A stretch of 64,000 nt of DNA from Vicinamibacterales bacterium (GTDB lineage: Bacteria; Acidobacteriota; Vicinamibacteria; Vicinamibacterales; UBA8438). The notes under the pieces were generated by a model. That model was not told the origin of the DNA. It worked only from the letters and a program-made list of their open reading frames with translations, and made no database searches. The stretch lies in the NCBI GenBank assembly GCA_965229825.1, contig CBDDJQ010000013.1, positions 1,293,883-1,357,882 on the forward strand. Direction: 5' to 3'. Both the position numbers and the translations under genes were made by a program. Shown here one piece after another: positions 10,003 through 18,441 of this stretch (position 1 is the first letter of the stretch; each line of letters begins with the position of its first letter).

Positions 10003-10211
10003 AGACCGTGGTTCCTTTCGGTGGAGCGTGCCGTAGGCGCACACTGCGATAGGGTATTTTGGGCCTTGGGTGCGCAGGGTGTCAATCGGATGCCGGCTCG
10101 TGCCGCCCGCCGCGGCGGAACCGCCGGCGGCTTGACAGGAGCGGCGCGAGTCGGTAACAACACAGGATACGCGAGGCGTGGCGCCCCGCGCCCGGGAGGT
10201 GTGAGGGACGT

Positions 10212-11606
10212 ATGAATCGATACCCGCTCATCGTCGTCGTCGGCCTGCTGCTGGTGGTTCTGGCCGCGCCAGCGTCCACCCGGGCTCAATGGGCGCAGTT
10301 CCGGGGTCCGAACGCCGGCGACGTCGGTGACCATCCCGATCTGCCGGAGACCTGGAGCGAAACGGAGAACGTCGTCTGGAAGATCGACATCCCGGGGCTG
10401 AGCTGGAGCTCGCCGGTGGTCTGGGAGGACACGATCTTCGTCACCTCCGCCATCAGCGCCGGCGAGGAACCGGATCCCATCCCCGGGCTGTACGACCCCG
10501 GGGACGACAACGGGGCGACCCGGTCGTCGGAGGTCCATCGCTGGGTGGTCTACAACGTCGACTTCCACACGGGGGCCGTCCGGTGGGAGCGCGAGCTGCA
10601 CCGCGCCGCTCCCGAGATCGCGAGACACATCAAGAACAGCTTCGCGTCGGAGACCCCGGTCACCGACGGCCGCCGCGTGTACGCCTACTTCGGGACGGCC
10701 GGCATCGTCGCCGCGTTGAACATGAGCGGCGAGACGGTCTGGTACACCGAGCTGGGCGCCTACGAGACCACCGGCGGGTTCGGTTCGGCCGCCTCCCCGA
10801 CGTTGTACGGCGACCGGCTCTACATCGTGAACGACAACGTGACGGGTTCCTTCATGGTCGCTCTCGACAAGGACACCGGCGCCGAGATCTGGCGGGTGGA
10901 ACGGCCCGAGCGCGGCCAGAACTGGGCGACCCCGTTCGTCTGGGAGCACGAGCTGCGGACCGAGATCGTGACCGCGGGCACGCAGGGCGTCCGCTCGTAC
11001 GACCTGGACGGCAACGTCCTGTGGGAGATCCACGGCATGTCCGGGCTGACGGTGCCGACGCCGTTCTCCCGGCACGGGCTGCTCTTCATCGGCTCGGGCT
11101 ATCCCGGCGGCGGCCTGCGGCCGGTCTACGCGGTCAGGCCGGGCGCGTCGGGCGACATCTCCATTTGGTCGCCCGACGACATGCGGACGGGGCTCAACTT
11201 CGGCTTCCCCGGCGTCAAGGCCTCGTCCGAGGACGTCGCCTGGGCCTATCCGCTGCTGGGCACCTACAACACGTCGGCCCTGGTCTACGGCGACCAGTAC
11301 TACACGCTGCTCGACCGGGGGTTCCTCGTGGCCCACGACGCCCGGACCGGCGACGAGATCTACGGCCGGCGGCGGCTCGAGATCGGCAACGGGTTCACGG
11401 CGTCGCCGTGGGCGTACAATGGCAAGGTATTCCTGCTGAGCGAGGACGGCGAGACGTTCGTCGTCCGGGCGGGATCCGACTTCGAGATTCTGCACAAGAA
11501 TCCGCTCAACGAGATGACGCTCGCGACGCCGGCGGTGGCGCACGGCAGCCTCATCCTGCGGACCCGGTCGAAGCTCTATCGGATTGCGAAGGGGGAGCAG
11601 CCGTGA
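10212..11606 (+). CDS. PQQ-like (BamB/YVTN-like) beta-propeller repeat protein, secreted
   Basis: 464 aa. Signal peptide MNRYPLIVVVGLLLVVLAAPASTRAQW. Motifs WSSPVVWEDTIFVTS, RVYAYFGTAGIVAALNMSGETVW and LVAHDARTGDEIY are typical of PQQ-like propeller blades. Confidence 0.75.
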   Translation: MNRYPLIVVVGLLLVVLAAPASTRAQWAQFRGPNAGDVGDHPDLPETWSETENVVWKIDIPGLSWSSPVVWEDTIFVTSAISAGEEPDPIPGLYDPGDDNGATRSSEVHRWVVYNVDFHTGAVRWERELHRAAPEIARHIKNSFASETPVTDGRRVYAYFGTAGIVAALNMSGETVWYTELGAYETTGGFGSAASPTLYGDRLYIVNDNVTGSFMVALDKDTGAEIWRVERPERGQNWATPFVWEHELRTEIVTAGTQGVRSYDLDGNVLWEIHGMSGLTVPTPFSRHGLLFIGSGYPGGGLRPVYAVRPGASGDISIWSPDDMRTGLNFGFPGVKASSEDVAWAYPLLGTYNTSALVYGDQYYTLLDRGFLVAHDARTGDEIYGRRRLEIGNGFTASPWAYNGKVFLLSEDGETFVVRAGSDFEILHKNPLNEMTLATPAVAHGSLILRTRSKLYRIAKGEQP

Positions 11607-12595
11607 AGAGGACTCTGAACGTCGTCGTCTCGGCCGGCGTGCTGGCGCTGGTGGTGCTGGCGTCGAAGCCGGCCGACGCCCAGACCGTGACCCTGACCAA
11701 GGTCGGCGAGATACCCGGCCCGGCCGAGCATATCCGGGTGCAGGGCGACCACGCGTACGTATCCCATCACTCGACGTTCACCGTCTGGGATGTCTCGGAC
11801 CCGGCCGCTCCGGTGCGGATGGGCGCGGCCGAGCTGCCCCAGGAGATCTGGGGGTTCAGAGTTCGCGGCGACCGCGCCTACGTCGGCGCCAACTTCTTCG
11901 GGGTGGCCATTCTCGACATCTCGGACCCCGCGGCGCCGGTCGTGCTGGGGAACCACGAGACGCTGGGACAGACCAAGATCGGCGCCGTGTACGAGAACCG
12001 GGTGGTGCTGATTGACCACATGGAAGGCATGGTGCTCGTCGATGCGTCGGACGAATCGGCGCCGACCGGCGCCGGCTCCTTCTTCCTCGACGGCTATGCG
12101 CGCGACGTGGTGACCTCGGGTCGGATGGCGTACGCGACCGATTCTCCGACCGGCCTGTATGTCTTCGACCTGTCGGCGCCGGGGCCGCCCGAGCCCGTCG
12201 GCATCCTGCACGCCCCGGCCGCGCCCCGCGCCATAGAGGTGCAGAGCGAGGTCGGCGAGCCCTCCGGTGTGCTCGCGGGGGCGGGAGGCGGCCAACTGCA
12301 GATCTACGACGCCTCCGATCCTGCGAACCCGGTGCGGGCCGCGAGCTTCGAGACGCCGGGGCGCGCCGCGCGGGTGGCCATCTCCGGGTCGCACGTCTTC
12401 GTCGCCGATACGGAGGCCGGCGTCGCCATCGTCGACATCTCGACCCCGTCGGCGCCGGCGTCCGCCGGGACCTATCGGACCGACGCGCCGGCACGCGACA
12501 TCGCCGCGACCGATACGCACGTCTTCGTGGTCGTCGGCGTCGGCGAGCGGCAAGAGGGGGAGACCGCGGTCGACATTCTCCGCCGCTCGTCGTGA
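11603..12595 (+). CDS. LVIVD-repeat beta-propeller protein, secreted
   Basis: GTG start overlaps the upstream stop (GTGA at 11603-11606). Signal VKRTLNVVVSAGVLALVVLASKPADAQ. Six repeats of the type AYV-x-GVAILDISDPAAPV (FTVWDVSDPAAPV, VAILDISDPAAPV, MVLVDASDESAPT, LYVFDLSAPGPPEPV, LQIYDASDPANPV, VAIVDISTPSAPA). Confidence 0.7.
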   Translation: MKRTLNVVVSAGVLALVVLASKPADAQTVTLTKVGEIPGPAEHIRVQGDHAYVSHHSTFTVWDVSDPAAPVRMGAAELPQEIWGFRVRGDRAYVGANFFGVAILDISDPAAPVVLGNHETLGQTKIGAVYENRVVLIDHMEGMVLVDASDESAPTGAGSFFLDGYARDVVTSGRMAYATDSPTGLYVFDLSAPGPPEPVGILHAPAAPRAIEVQSEVGEPSGVLAGAGGGQLQIYDASDPANPVRAASFETPGRAARVAISGSHVFVADTEAGVAIVDISTPSAPASAGTYRTDAPARDIAATDTHVFVVVGVGERQEGETAVDILRRSS

Positions 12596-12774
12596 CGCGG
12601 TGCCGCGCCTCGTGATCGGGTCCGCGCCGTCCGTCCTCCCGCGTCCTGCAGGGCGTCCGCGGCGCCTCTCCGGCGTGTGCGTGCGTCTGCCCGGCCCTTG
12701 ACCCCGTGGTTCGCGACCGCGCCGAGGAATCTCGCGGTGCGCGCCTGCACGAACTGCCTCCAAGTGAAGCCGGC

Positions 12775-14559
12775 ATGGACCCGCTCCTGACCCCCGAAGA
12801 ACGCGAGTTGGTGCACGAGCAGCGGGCGCTGTTCGATGCCAGCCGCGAGCTGCTTGCCGACCTCGGCATGGTGCCGGGAGACCTCGAGGCTCTCGAGGCG
12901 ATACGGCGGCGTCTGGACGAGCTGTTCCTGATCATGGTGGTCGGGGAGTTCAACGCCGGGAAGTCGACGTTCCTGAACGCCATTCTGGGGACCGATGCCC
13001 TCGAAACCGGCGAGCTGCCGACCACCCGGTCGGTGCACCTGCTGCGCCACGGGGCCATTCAGTCGGTGCGCGAGGTGGAACCGGGCCTGCTGGTCCACGA
13101 GCTGCCCGTCGAGGTGCTGCAGGACCTGAACATCGTCGATACGCCCGGCACGAACTCGATGCAGCGCGAGGAGCAGTTGCTGACCGAGGGGTTCGTGCCG
13201 CGCGCCGACTTCGTCTTCTTCGTCACCTCGCTGCTGCGCCCGTACTCGGCGAGCGAGCACGACTTTCTCAAGCTCATTCTGAGCTGGGGCAAGCACGTCG
13301 TGTTCATCGTGAACCAGGTCGATTTCGCCGCCGGTCCCGACCACGTGGCCCGGGTGAAGCGCTACGTGCAGCAGCAGGCGATGGAGGAGCTGGGCAAGGA
13401 GCCCCCGCTGTTCGCCCTCAGCGCCCGCGAGGTGGTGCGGGAGCGCACGTCCGGCGAGTCGTTGTCCGACCTCAACGAGTGGACCGCCTTCGCCGCCTAC
13501 TTCCAGTCGAACCTGCGGGACCGCGACCGCGTCCGGCTCAAGCTGACCGCGCCGCTGCATAGCCTCACCCCGGTGCTCGCGCGGCAGGCCGACGCCTTCG
13601 CCGAGCGGCTGCGGCTCGTGCACGGCGACCACGCCGCGCTCGCGGCGATTCTGACCGAGGTCGACGCCTACGAGACGCGGATGCTGGCCGACGTCTCCCG
13701 CTACCAGTCGGAGATCACCAACATTCTCTGGCAGCTCGAGAAACGCGGCCAGCGCTTCTTCGACGAGCTCGTGCGCGTGTCCAACGTCATGCGGCTGCGC
13801 GACAAGGACATCGTCGAGAACCGGTTCCGCAACGAGGTCGTCGCCGACACCCCGCAGCGCATCGAGGAAGAGGTGCAGGCCCTGATCGACTGGATGGTGC
13901 GCCAGAACCTCGCGATGTGGGAGAAGGCGGACGGCATGCTGCACCAGCGGCGCGAGGCGTTGCGCGACGCGGCCGGGCGCACGCGGTTCGTCAGTCCGCA
14001 GTACGTCTACAACCGCGAAGAGATCTTTACCCGGCTCGCGCAACCGGTGCGGCGGCGGCTCGCGCTGTTCGACGCGCAGCGCGAGGCGGACGAGATCGTG
14101 GCGGCGGTGAACGCGGCCCTCGCGAGGACGTTCGGCGTCCAGGCCGTGGTCATCGGATTGGGGGCGGTGCTGACCGCCGCGTTCACCACCCTCGGTCTGG
14201 ACGTGACCGGTACCGTCGGCCTGACGTTGCTCGTCGCCTCCGGCCTGTTCATCCTGCCCCAGCGCCGGGCGCGGCTGAAGCGCGAGCTCGCCGGCAAGGT
14301 CGAGACGCTGCGGCTCGAGCTGGCGCAGACCCTCGAAGTGCGGTTCAAGGAGCAGCTTCGCGACTACGTCGAGCAGTTGCGCGAAACGTTCGCGCCCGAG
14401 CTCGAAAGCACCAAGGCGCAGGTGCTCCGGCTGCGCAACGCCGAGCAGACTCTGCAGGCGCGTCAGGCGGAATGCGCGGCGTTGCTGAGCCGCATCGAAG
14501 GTCGGGGAGGTCAAGCGTCGGCGCCGCGGGACGGATCTCGGGCCGGGGCGGTTTCGTAG
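12775..14559 (+). CDS. dynamin-family GTPase (bacterial dynamin-like protein)
   Basis: P-loop VVGEFNAGKSTFLNAILG, G2/G3 region DTPGTNS, G4-like VNQVD. Long helical C-terminal half with a hydrophobic paddle (VVIGLGAVLTAAFTTLGLDVTGTVGLTLLVASGLFIL). Start taken as ATG 12775; the track start 12706 is possible. Confidence 0.8.
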   Translation: MDPLLTPEERELVHEQRALFDASRELLADLGMVPGDLEALEAIRRRLDELFLIMVVGEFNAGKSTFLNAILGTDALETGELPTTRSVHLLRHGAIQSVREVEPGLLVHELPVEVLQDLNIVDTPGTNSMQREEQLLTEGFVPRADFVFFVTSLLRPYSASEHDFLKLILSWGKHVVFIVNQVDFAAGPDHVARVKRYVQQQAMEELGKEPPLFALSAREVVRERTSGESLSDLNEWTAFAAYFQSNLRDRDRVRLKLTAPLHSLTPVLARQADAFAERLRLVHGDHAALAAILTEVDAYETRMLADVSRYQSEITNILWQLEKRGQRFFDELVRVSNVMRLRDKDIVENRFRNEVVADTPQRIEEEVQALIDWMVRQNLAMWEKADGMLHQRREALRDAAGRTRFVSPQYVYNREEIFTRLAQPVRRRLALFDAQREADEIVAAVNAALARTFGVQAVVIGLGAVLTAAFTTLGLDVTGTVGLTLLVASGLFILPQRRARLKRELAGKVETLRLELAQTLEVRFKEQLRDYVEQLRETFAPELESTKAQVLRLRNAEQTLQARQAECAALLSRIEGRGGQASAPRDGSRAGAVS

Positions 14560-14632
14560 AACCGCGCCGGCACGGTCGGGCAGGCGCGGGCGACGGGGCC
14601 CTGCGTGTGGACGGGCTGCAGGAACGCCTCTC

Positions 14633-15121
14633 TTACACGCGGCAGCGCGGCCCGCCGGCATCTCCGGCGTACTCCGCGGTCCGGACTCCGAGCTCTTCCA
14701 GCACTTCCGGATCGCATGCGGCCTGCATCTGCTCGAAGAGGATCCGCTCCTCGGTGTGGATGTGCGACTTGAGCAGTTCACCGAAGGCCCTCAGCCGCTC
14801 TTCCAGGTGGGGGGCTGGAGTGGCCGCGAGCTCGCGGACCATTGCTCTCATGGTCTCGTGCTCGGCAATCAAGGCACGCGTCCGGCTGGCGCCGTCGTGC
14901 AGATCCCGGGCCGCGGTCGGGAAGACGTGGGCTTCCTCCACCTCGAAGTGCGGACGGAGGTCGTTCTCGAAGAACTCGATCAGGCGTGCCGCCTGCTGCG
15001 CCCGCTCTGCCGGCCAGTCGGAGTGCGGGTTGGTCGCCCGTCCCAGGATCAGCCGCTGGGCCATCACCAGGCCGTGGTGGTGGTCGCGGGAGAGCGGAAC
15101 GAGACTGGCGTGTCGCTTCAT
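14633..15121 (-). CDS. hemerythrin-domain protein
   Basis: 162 aa from MKRHASLVPLSRDHHHGL. Contains EFFENDLRPHFEVEEAHVFP and LLKSHIHTEERILFE, the His/Glu-rich four-helix pattern of hemerythrin-like metal-binding domains. Confidence 0.7.
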   Translation of the reverse strand: MKRHASLVPLSRDHHHGLVMAQRLILGRATNPHSDWPAERAQQAARLIEFFENDLRPHFEVEEAHVFPTAARDLHDGASRTRALIAEHETMRAMVRELAATPAPHLEERLRAFGELLKSHIHTEERILFEQMQAACDPEVLEELGVRTAEYAGDAGGPRCRV

Positions 15122-15427
15122 CGCCGTGCGTCGAAGTCGGTCAACGCCTGCACGGCCGCGCGGGTGCGGGGACCATGCCTTGCAGCGTATCACGCGCAGC
15201 GTCGCCCGGCCCGCACGTCGACAGAGGTCCTGCCTGGTCGGTCGCCACGGGGGGCCGGAGCGCATTGAGGGTGGTCTCCAGCATGAAGGCAATGAACGGG
15301 GGCGGCAACGGAAGGGGGAGACTCTCCTGATGCTGTCGCGTCACGCCAGCAGGTCGGCCATGAGCCGCAGCATCCCACGTTGCCCATATGGTACACTGAC
15401 AGATCCCAAAAGAGAGGGGAGTTCCAC

Positions 15428-15838
15428 GTGGCCGCGAGAGCGTCATTGCCACCGGACGGGTTGAGCCTGCCGGTCCCCACGCTGGCGGAGATCCGTGCCG
15501 GCCTTCCCGCCAGCTTCCTGGATCGCCTGAAGGAGACCCTGGAGGTTACGGAAACTCAACTGGCGGCCGTCGTCGGCATTCAGCGTCAGACCCTGGTTCG
15601 TCGCAGGTTGGGGGGAGTCCTGCGGCGAGACGAGGCGGATCGGACAGCCACGGTGGCCAGGGTGTTCAACGCGACCCTGTCGTACTTCGACGGCAACCGG
15701 GCGCACGCGCTCGACTGGCTCAAGCACCCCAATCCGGCGCTGGCCGGAGAGACGCCGCTCGAACGCGCGGACACCGCCGCAGGTGCGCAGGACGTGGTCG
15801 ACCTGATCGGCCGCCTCGAGCACGGAATACCGACGTGA
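15428..15838 (+). CDS. antitoxin, Xre/MbcA/ParS-like toxin-binding domain (DUF2384)
   Basis: GTG start preceded by GAGAGGGGAG. The C-terminal ALDWLKHPNPALAGETPLERADTAAGAQDVVDLIGRLEHG matches the DUF2384 antitoxin signature. Immediately upstream of the RES gene and overlapping it. Confidence 0.75.
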   Translation: MAARASLPPDGLSLPVPTLAEIRAGLPASFLDRLKETLEVTETQLAAVVGIQRQTLVRRRLGGVLRRDEADRTATVARVFNATLSYFDGNRAHALDWLKHPNPALAGETPLERADTAAGAQDVVDLIGRLEHGIPT

Positions 15839-16266
15839 CGGTCTGGCGCATCGCCAAATCCGCGCACGCGGCCAGCGTCGAGGACATGGTGAGTGGCGAA
15901 GGCGCCGCCCGATACGGCGGCCGGTGGAATCCCAAGGGGATGCTCGCCGTTTATTGCAGCGAGAACTCGTCGCTGGCGGCCCTGGAAGTCCTCGTCAATC
16001 TGGCGCGCCCGTCCACGTTCCCGAGCTACCGGGTCGTGGACCTCGACGTGCCCGATGCTTCGATCGTGGTGGCACCCACGCGCATGGGTGACACCCGGCA
16101 GGCCGGCGCCGAACTGCTCCGGGCGCATCTGGCGATCATGGCACCGAGCGCCGTGAACCCGCTCGAACGCAACGTCGTCATCAATCCGACGCACCCGGAC
16201 TTCGACAAGGTTGTCGCCGGTGCGATCCGGTCCTTCGCCTTCGACCGCAGGCTGGGGGTGGAGTGA
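15835..16266 (+). CDS. RES-domain toxin (NAD+-targeting RES family)
   Basis: 143 aa. MTVWRIAKSAHAASVEDMVSGEGAARYGGRWNPKGMLAVYCSENSSLAALEVLVNL contains the R...E...S signature. The GTG start overlaps the antitoxin stop (GTGA at 15835-15838). Confidence 0.85.
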   Translation: MTVWRIAKSAHAASVEDMVSGEGAARYGGRWNPKGMLAVYCSENSSLAALEVLVNLARPSTFPSYRVVDLDVPDASIVVAPTRMGDTRQAGAELLRAHLAIMAPSAVNPLERNVVINPTHPDFDKVVAGAIRSFAFDRRLGVE

Positions 16267-16273
16267 CCGTTCC

Positions 16274-16318
16274 CATTCGCTTCTTGCCGCCCCGGTCGAT
16301 GGCCGCGGTGGACGGGGG
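16274..16318 (-). pseudogene. short remnant of a second Uma2-family endonuclease gene
   Basis: About 45 bp is nearly identical (3 mismatches by eye) to 18625-18669 inside the intact Uma2 gene. The minus-strand translation PPSTAAIDRGGKKRM corresponds to SPSTAAIDRGRKRRM there. Confidence 0.5.
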
Positions 16319-16400
16319 ATCGGATCCGGGGTTGTAGCCTCGGCGGTCTCGACGGCGATTGACCCCCGAGGAACGTTCGACCCGTGCGTCGATACGCCCG

Positions 16401-16655
16401 TCATCCCGACCGCGCGGTCGTCGCCCGCAGCCGCGCGGTTGTTCCGGTCTCGGCCGGAACCGAGGTCGCGACCAGGCGGCGCATTGCCTCGATGTCCTTC
16501 CCGTATTGTTCAAGCCGGCGCTCGTAACTGGCGCGGGTTTTGACGCAGACCAGTTCCTGTATCTCTTCGAGACCGATCTCGCTCAGCAGCGCCAGGAGGG
16601 CGTCATTTTCGTCACCGCCGTAGTGCGGCAGGAGGATCTGTCGCAGAAACCCCAT
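16401..16655 (-). CDS. hypothetical protein (weak call)
   Basis: 84 aa from MGFLRQILLPHYGGDENDALLALLSEIGLEEIQELVCVKTRASYERRLEQYGKDIEAMRRLV. No family recognised. It lies between the Uma2 remnant and the left end of the IS and could itself be a gene fragment. Confidence 0.25.
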   Translation of the reverse strand: MGFLRQILLPHYGGDENDALLALLSEIGLEEIQELVCVKTRASYERRLEQYGKDIEAMRRLVATSVPAETGTTARLRATTARSG

Positions 16656-16830
16656 GGCCGCGGGCCGGGTACATCCGCGGGAAGGCCGGAAGTCGGCTGG
16701 CTGAAGACCGCACGTCCCCGGACCGGACCGTAGCGCGTCCCGGGTGCACGACAAGAAAGTGGGGGATTTGCCGTCGGGGGTATTGAGCGAGTGCTGATCG
16801 GCCGATTCCTCGGGTAGGAGGACTCCGACC

Positions 16831-17058
16831 ATGCCCGAGGCGCAGTTGACTGAACCGCTCGATCACGCGGTCGAAAAAGGGGGCGTCGAGGAGCTGTTCG
16901 CCGCGTTGGAGGCAGCGGTCGGGGCCGACGTCGACGCGTTCCTCAAACGAGGAAACGTGAATGCCCAGGACTTCGAGACTCTCTTGCAGACCGTTCACCG
17001 TCGAGCGCTCGCCACGGCAAGCCAAGCCGTCAAGGTGATTGGCGCGCAGCGTTCGTAG
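16831..17058 (+). CDS. ISKra4-like transposase, N-terminal reading frame (frame broken before the main ORF)
   Basis: 75 aa preceded by a strong RBS (TAGGAGGA). ...VDAFLKRGNVNAQDFETLLQTVHRRALATASQAVKV resembles the start of the downstream frame (VDAFIGPGSVDAQDFEALEQALRRQVLGLAAQAMAEYF). Confidence 0.5.
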   Translation: MPEAQLTEPLDHAVEKGGVEELFAALEAAVGADVDAFLKRGNVNAQDFETLLQTVHRRALATASQAVKVIGAQRS

Positions 17059-17174
17059 CCGCGCTCGCGGCCGAAGTCGATGCATTCATCGGGCCGGGGA
17101 GCGTCGACGCGCAGGACTTCGAGGCCCTCGAGCAGGCCCTCCGTCGCCAAGTCCTCGGCCTCGCCGCTCAGGCG

Positions 17175-18374
17175 ATGGCGGAGTACTTCGACGCGGACGA
17201 TTCCGACCATTCGAGTTCGACGATAGCGTGCGCCTGCGGCCAGACGGCGCACTACGCCGGCCGCCGCCCGAAGACCTTCACCACGCTGTTGGGGTCGCTG
17301 ACGCTGGACCGCGCCTACTACCACTGCGCCGCCTGTCGCAGCGGAAGCTGTCCGCGCGACCGGGCCCTGGGTCTGCAAGACACCTCGCTGTCGCCCGCCA
17401 CGGCGCGGCTGGTGGGACTGGCGGCGACGAGCGTCAGCTTCGCCGAAGCGAGCGAGTGGATGGGGGAACTGGCCGGCGTGGCGGTCGACCCCAAACAGGT
17501 CGAGCGCACCGCCGAAGCGCTGGGCCGCGAGGTCGCGGCCGACGAACGCGAGAGGGTCGAGCCCGCACCCGGCGCGGCGGCGACGATGTACCTGGGGCTG
17601 GATGGTACCGGCGTGCCGGTGCGCAAGTCCGAGGTGGAAGGCCGGCGCGGCAAGCAGCCCGACGGCTCCGCCAAGACCCGCGAGGTCAAGCTCGTCACCG
17701 TGTGGACGGCGGAAACACGCAACGCCGACGGCCTCCCCCAACGCGACCCCGGGTCGGTCAGCTACAGCGCTGCGGTCGAGAGCGCGGCCAGCCGCCCCAC
17801 CGACCCGCTGCCCTCCCCGTTCGCGCAACGGGCGTATCGCGAAGCGCGGCGGCGCGGCTTCGACACGGCGGCGCGGCGCGTCGTCATCGGCGACGGGGCC
17901 GAGTGGATCTGGAATCTGGCCGCCGAACAGTTCCCCAGCGCCATCGAAATCATCGACATCTACCACGCCAAGGGGCATCTGTGCGATGTCGCCAAGGCCA
18001 TCTACGGCGCCGGCACGGACTTGGCCGCCCGGTGGGGCAAGGACCGGCGGGACGAGTTGGACGCGGGGCGGATCGATGCGATCCTGACCGCCCTGCGCGC
18101 CCACAGTGAGACCTGCGAGGAGGCCCGCAAGTGTATCGACTACCTGACCCGCAACCGCCACCGGATGCGCTATCCAGAGTTCCGAGCGTGGGGTCTTTGC
18201 GTGTCGTCGGGCGTCGTCGAGGCCGGATGCAAGCTCGCAATCGGCGCCCGGCTCAAGCGCGCCGGCATGCACTGGACCGTGGCCGGCGCCAACGCCATCA
18301 TCGCCCTGCGGTGCTGCAAGCTCAGTGGCCGCTTCGAGGATTTCTGGGAACGACGAGCCGCCAGGGCCGCCTGA
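17175..18374 (+). CDS. ISKra4-family transposase (main ORF; true N-terminus probably upstream in a shifted frame)
   Basis: 399 aa. CACGQTAHYAGRRPKTFTTLLGSLTLDRAYYHCAACRSGSCPRD zinc-ribbon-like region. DDE-type core with VVIGDGAEWIWN and IIDIYHAKGHL. C-terminal MRYPEFRAWGLCVSSGVVEAGCK motif, typical of ISKra4-family transposases as I recall them. The frame is open upstream to at least 16941 without a start codon. Confidence 0.75.
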   Translation: MAEYFDADDSDHSSSTIACACGQTAHYAGRRPKTFTTLLGSLTLDRAYYHCAACRSGSCPRDRALGLQDTSLSPATARLVGLAATSVSFAEASEWMGELAGVAVDPKQVERTAEALGREVAADERERVEPAPGAAATMYLGLDGTGVPVRKSEVEGRRGKQPDGSAKTREVKLVTVWTAETRNADGLPQRDPGSVSYSAAVESAASRPTDPLPSPFAQRAYREARRRGFDTAARRVVIGDGAEWIWNLAAEQFPSAIEIIDIYHAKGHLCDVAKAIYGAGTDLAARWGKDRRDELDAGRIDAILTALRAHSETCEEARKCIDYLTRNRHRMRYPEFRAWGLCVSSGVVEAGCKLAIGARLKRAGMHWTVAGANAIIALRCCKLSGRFEDFWERRAARAA

Positions 18375-18441
18375 CAGCCATCTCACGAATCTGACGTGCA
18401 CCCGCGCGTCCCCGACAGGCGGCACGACGGGATGATCGCGG

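Larger units (their letters stand above)
16741..18404 (+). mobile_element. ISKra4-like insertion sequence, 1664 bp, with terminal inverted repeats and 7-bp direct target repeats
   Basis: Left end CGGGTGCACG (16741-16750) is the exact reverse complement of the right end CGTGCACCCG (18395-18404). CGCGTCC flanks both ends directly (16734-16740 and 18405-18411). The transposase reading frames occupy 16831-18374. Confidence 0.7.

Noticed and set aside
16181-16513. 110-aa minus-strand ORF overlapping the RES gene end
   Set aside because: Only the short STAAIDRGGKKRM stretch is meaningful (the Uma2 remnant). The rest overlaps the RES gene antisense and looks like non-coding GC-frame translation.
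16941-17058. Programmed -1 ribosomal frameshifting in the IS transposase
   Set aside because: The two frames overlap, as in IS3- or IS1-type elements. However, I could find no slippery heptamer (A-AAA-AAG type or similar) or obvious downstream structure in the overlap, and this mechanism is not known to me for ISKra4-family elements. An indel or an old rearrangement is more economical.
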